A DNA stretch of 64,000 bases from Plasmodiophora brassicae (Eukaryota): contig CP145418.1 of the NCBI GenBank assembly GCA_036867785.1, positions 744,001 to 808,000 of the forward strand, read 5' to 3'. Below, in pieces: positions 59,898 to 64,000 of the stretch. Under the pieces are notes generated by a model that ran no database searches, was not told the DNA's origin, and saw only the letters and a program-made list of their open reading frames with translations. Within the stretch, counting starts at the first letter, position 1. Each line of letters starts with the position of its first letter. A program made the translations under genes and the position numbers.

Positions 59898-61605
59898 TCA
59901 AATGAGAAAACGAGAATCGACAGATAGTGTCCACTGGTACCTCGCTATGTCATACGCGCGGTGCAGCAGGGAGCTTCCAACGACAACGATTATCGTTATG
60001 AGTAGCGGGACGCCTCGGACGATCATGATAGTATTAGCAGCTTCAACTACCCTGGGAACGAACCTGCAGCAGTTTTCAGAGTGCCCTAACGAGGCCCACA
60101 CCACATAACGGCACATACGTTGACAGGACGGCCAGTATAACATTCCTCACGACCTGAGGCATGCAGATAATGGCAGTAAGGGCCGCCCACAAGGATGAAT
60201 AATACATCGAATAGATAGTTGCCAAAGAAGAAACCTAGGGTACCAGTTAGCATGGTCCGCAAGACGTAACAGACTGCAATGCGAACCACATAAGCGAGAG
60301 GATTCCGTCCTGTAAAATGGTTGATAGGAGGAATGTACGATATAGCCAGATCGATCAAGCCCAATGCAACATTGAGAGCCAGAACAAGTCCCCAGAATAT
60401 TAGGGTAGTCAGCCCAGGTAGGATCAGCATTGCCGATACAATCGTGTAGGTATAGGAAAACCAGGCAAAGTACATCACGATGAGGTTGACACCAAAGGCA
60501 GTCACTTGGCAGACGAACTGTAGAAGCCGAGTGTCTTCCGAGGCGACCCGATCCTTCGCAGCGTTCACGTTAGCGTAGGCCAGCGTGATAAAGCCAAAAC
60601 CTTCCATACCTTAATAATGTGGAGACCATACGGGACGAATGCAATGATCTTCAGGAGTGTCGAATCAGGAGACCAGTAGCACAACGAGTACAGCATAACA
60701 TTCGAAACCCAAATACTGGCTCGATCTTCGGAATCGTTGAACGCATCGCGAAACATGCCGGGCGTCAACGCCGGGACCTAAACAGCAACTTGAGAGAGGG
60801 AACCGAAGCGAAACGCGCCAGCACTAACGTCGATGTGCCCTCTCCATACATAGGCCGCACTGGCGCCGAACAAAATGCACGACTTGACAATGAAGCCAAA
60901 CGAACGTGTCGCGATAACAGCAAGAACGGTGAATATCATGAGGCGTGCGCTTGCAGAGTGCCTGTACCAGATCGTCGCTGTCAGAAATCTGCCTTAGCGG
61001 CGCAGGTGCCAGAAACCACCTCGAGTGAGTTGTGAGGAGATGGCGATTAAATACGCGGAGCATGGCAAGCGCAATCGGGGGGAACTCCTCAGGAAGATCC
61101 AGAACGGGGTCAGGGTTCGGCCCGTCTATTCCGGAAACGAACATGCAGCGAATAGATGTCATGAAGGTTGGATCGTCAATCATTGCATCCAGACTTCGAT
61201 ACAGCTCCTCAGGGGCCGCTAACGGAGAAACGGTCACGTGAACTGAATCACATCGCAACAGACTGAGCCATGGACGTACAATCCGCCAATCCAGGAGTCA
61301 AGCAGCAAGCGACGACTTCCTCCGGGTAGATATCCAGAATGTCGCGCTTCTCCTCCCGGGACAGCACGGTCCACAGCCAGCGGGCATCCGGATACCCAGC
61401 GCCCACCTCAAACTTCCCCAGTCTGCCTTCAGCGTCAGGCGATTCCTGCCCATCGTCTGGGGCAGCGCATCAGAACCCGCATCACGGGTCACCACGACGA
61501 TGGCTTACGCTGAGGCGTCCCGGTCGCTGACGACGGCTGCCCGCCAGTCTGACGTCGACGACGCGCCCCCTTCTGCTTGTTCCGGGCGTACGCCTTGGGC
61601 GGCAT
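59898..61605 (-). CDS. Multi-pass membrane protein, possibly with a degenerate RING-CH-like region
   Basis: Many hydrophobic helices in 60086-60607; C..HDIHRSC..W..QCGLC pattern upstream; boundaries approximate. Confidence 0.45.
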
Positions 61606-61710
61606 CACGCCACAGTCGCAACAGACAGCTGACTGTTGGCCACGGCGTTTCGATCCGCAGACTGGGCGCACTGCCACTGCTGCACTGCTCACGTGGGAAC
61701 TACCTATTAT

Positions 61711-64000
61711 TACTCGACCGGGACGTAGTGCCACTGGTTACGCGGCTGGAGTATTCGCCGTGAGCAGGTGTTTATTATGCGAATGGCAGGACGAGCTTGG
61801 ACCTGTCCCGAAGGCAGACGTGCGCCATGGCGGTGACCAGGGCGTGCCTGGCGGGAAGCATGACACTGTCGACGTTCTTGTCGGGAGCGTCTGCGAGCAG
61901 GCGCATCAGGGTGCCGATGTCATCACGGGTGAGCTTCGCCTGGACGGCCAAAGTTGGAGCATCGACCAAGATTGCGGCAGTCTTCTTGGCCACGAAGATG
62001 TCTGCAAAAGATCGCATGTTAACACATCGCCCACAAATCAGTTAGCGTTAAAGTACGACCGAGTTGTCTGTTCTGATAGTCGGCACGGCGCAAGAACGAC
62101 GCTGCATACGTCAACCGGTTCGCGGGATCCTTCTGTCGTTCAGCATTTCGATTAACTGCAGAAACATGACCACCAGGCACCTACTTACCTGATCGAGTAA
62201 GCTTCGCGCCGCGCAAAGGCTCAACAAGGATGACGGTGGCTCGGCGCACGCGGCAATCATTTCTTCGAGGTGCCCTCGAGATATCCTACTAGCTACTCAA
62301 CATCAATGGTATGGAAAGAGGCTATGGAAGAACCTCGGCGATGCATCAGACGCGATAAACTGATCAACGAGGTCTTGAACAATGCGAGCAGCGGTCAGCA
62401 CATCGTTAGCACGCAGCTCCCATAAGAAAGCGCTTCCTGGACGACTGTGCTCAAGAGCGTTTGCTGACATCTGAAACAGCGATATGAGTCAGGTCGTTCC
62501 AGCGTGAGTCGTTTGGGAATACCATTTTGCAGATAGCGGAGCTCTCATCCTGCATCTGGAGTCTCTGACAAATATCGATCGCCTTCTCAGCTGCGAACTC
62601 TGAATCGACATGACGCCAAAGACCCTGGCGGAACGTTTCCCTTCCTGCTGCACAGTTAGCCAACACATGACGGTTGCGAAAGCCACGGCATACCCAGGTT
62701 GCCACATTGGACCAGGTACGCGGGAGCAAGTAGCCAAAGATTTGAATCAGCCAGAACCGCACTTCCAAACTCGAACAAGAACTTTTGCCTTAGCGAAACA
62801 CCGTCCTGAGCATCTCAGTCAGGACTGGCGCAGATGCTCACACCATGCACGACCGTACTTCAGCGGGACGAATATGACATCCGGCTACGTGCAGTAGGTC
62901 GCACAAATGCGCCTCGAGCCACGGCAGGCCCAGCTGGTTTCTAAAGCGCAAACATTGACATACGCTAAACGGAAAGTCAAACGATTCCGTACCGGATTGA
63001 CGCAAGCCCAGACGACGCGTCATTCGACATAATGTTAACCAATGTCTCTTCATACGGGACTGCGTTCGCCAAGGAATTCTGACATGCGTACCGATTAGCG
63101 AAGTTTCTGGTAAATGATAAACCAAGCCGACCTGCGACGACGACTGGCAAGCAGCGACAATGTCACCGAGGTCATTCTTGGCTGCGAAGGGACTCGCAAA
63201 CACGAGCACGGCAATGGTTCCATAGAGCCAGTTCCCATCCGCAGCCATCATAATCGCATCAATATCACCAGAGACAACCTTGGCTAACAACTGCAAGTCT
63301 ACAGATCCTATGTGAACAAGGAGGCAAAGACGGACGCAAACGGGACGTACCCGGTGAAGACGCTACATCTGGCAACTGTGAGAAGTATGCACATTTCTGC
63401 TGGAAGTTTCGGAACGCCTCGTCGAATCGGCCAGCAGTCATCCTGACGTTTTTCGGATCTGCCGCCATTCGGTTACGGATGCCAGCTGCGAATTGAATGA
63501 AGCAGCAGACCGAGAATAGGCACAGCCTGGAGTAGTTTGCAGAGTTCGCCAGCGACAGTATCGAAATCCGTTGCGCCCTCAGCGGAAATTAGTTTCACAG
63601 CATCGGTCAAATACCCTTGAACGGTTAAACTGGCATCACGCGGTCAGTCAACTTGCCAGTATCATGAACGGCGATGGTTGCACCTGGTCACCCGTTTCCA
63701 TAGACTCGCCCCGCGTTCCGGATGTTGCCGAGTGGGAGCGTTGTGAAAGTGGAACCAGGAAACGATTTGCCTCGAAATGGATTCATACGGCAGGACGAAC
63801 ATAACTGGGGCGACGGTTAGTTTCAGAAAAAGCCCCTACTTGTGCAAGGTGGCATACCGTGTGAAAGAAGCCAGATAGACTCGGCAATGCGAACCTGGCC
63901 GTCCAGCTCACCAGCCGCATCCCTGAAACTTCCGAGTTCGGCGATGTATCGGGATGACGAATCAACAATGAAGGCAGAGCGATCTGCCGGATCACATTCC
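61711..64000 (-). CDS. NUP85: Nucleoporin Nup85-like (5' end beyond the window)
   Basis: SGD..NWLYGTIAVLVFASP, WLEAHLCDLL, AEKAIDICQRLQM, SAFLWELRAND; all-helical pattern. Confidence 0.65.

Overview
Gene-dense eukaryotic DNA with many short (about 50-70 nt) GT-AG introns and high GC. The organism is probably a compact protist genome such as the clubroot pathogen Plasmodiophora brassicae (inference from gene style only, not verified). Recognisable genes: PEPCK(ATP), SPRING1-like, LRR-IQ protein, MAP10-like, two GT77 glycosyltransferases, TPGS2, DUF1764, CDK9/CDKC-like kinase, DUF229, DDX41/Abstrakt, secreted PI-PLC-X protein, an active myotubularin, a DENN protein, MTFP1, JMJD7 and Nup85. The accessory region (6-17 kb) holds a triplicated GT54-like glycosyltransferase family and a decayed YqaJ-type nuclease/piggyBac-like ORF. 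That ORF is interrupted by the most striking structure here: a very young non-autonomous LTR retroelement inserted as a head-to-tail dimer (four 208-bp TG...CA LTRs, one 5-bp TSD CGAGC, an LTR-TTTGA-LTR junction preserving unprocessed cDNA ends, and a possible Tf1-like self-priming PBS). Two transposase fragments are folded into long inverted repeats (Mu-killer-like hairpins). There are also candidate secreted effectors: a pair with bipartite NLSs and a protein with (HPSDCAFCQ)x5 repeats. Coordinates of spliced genes are gene spans inferred by eye, and some ends are approximate.
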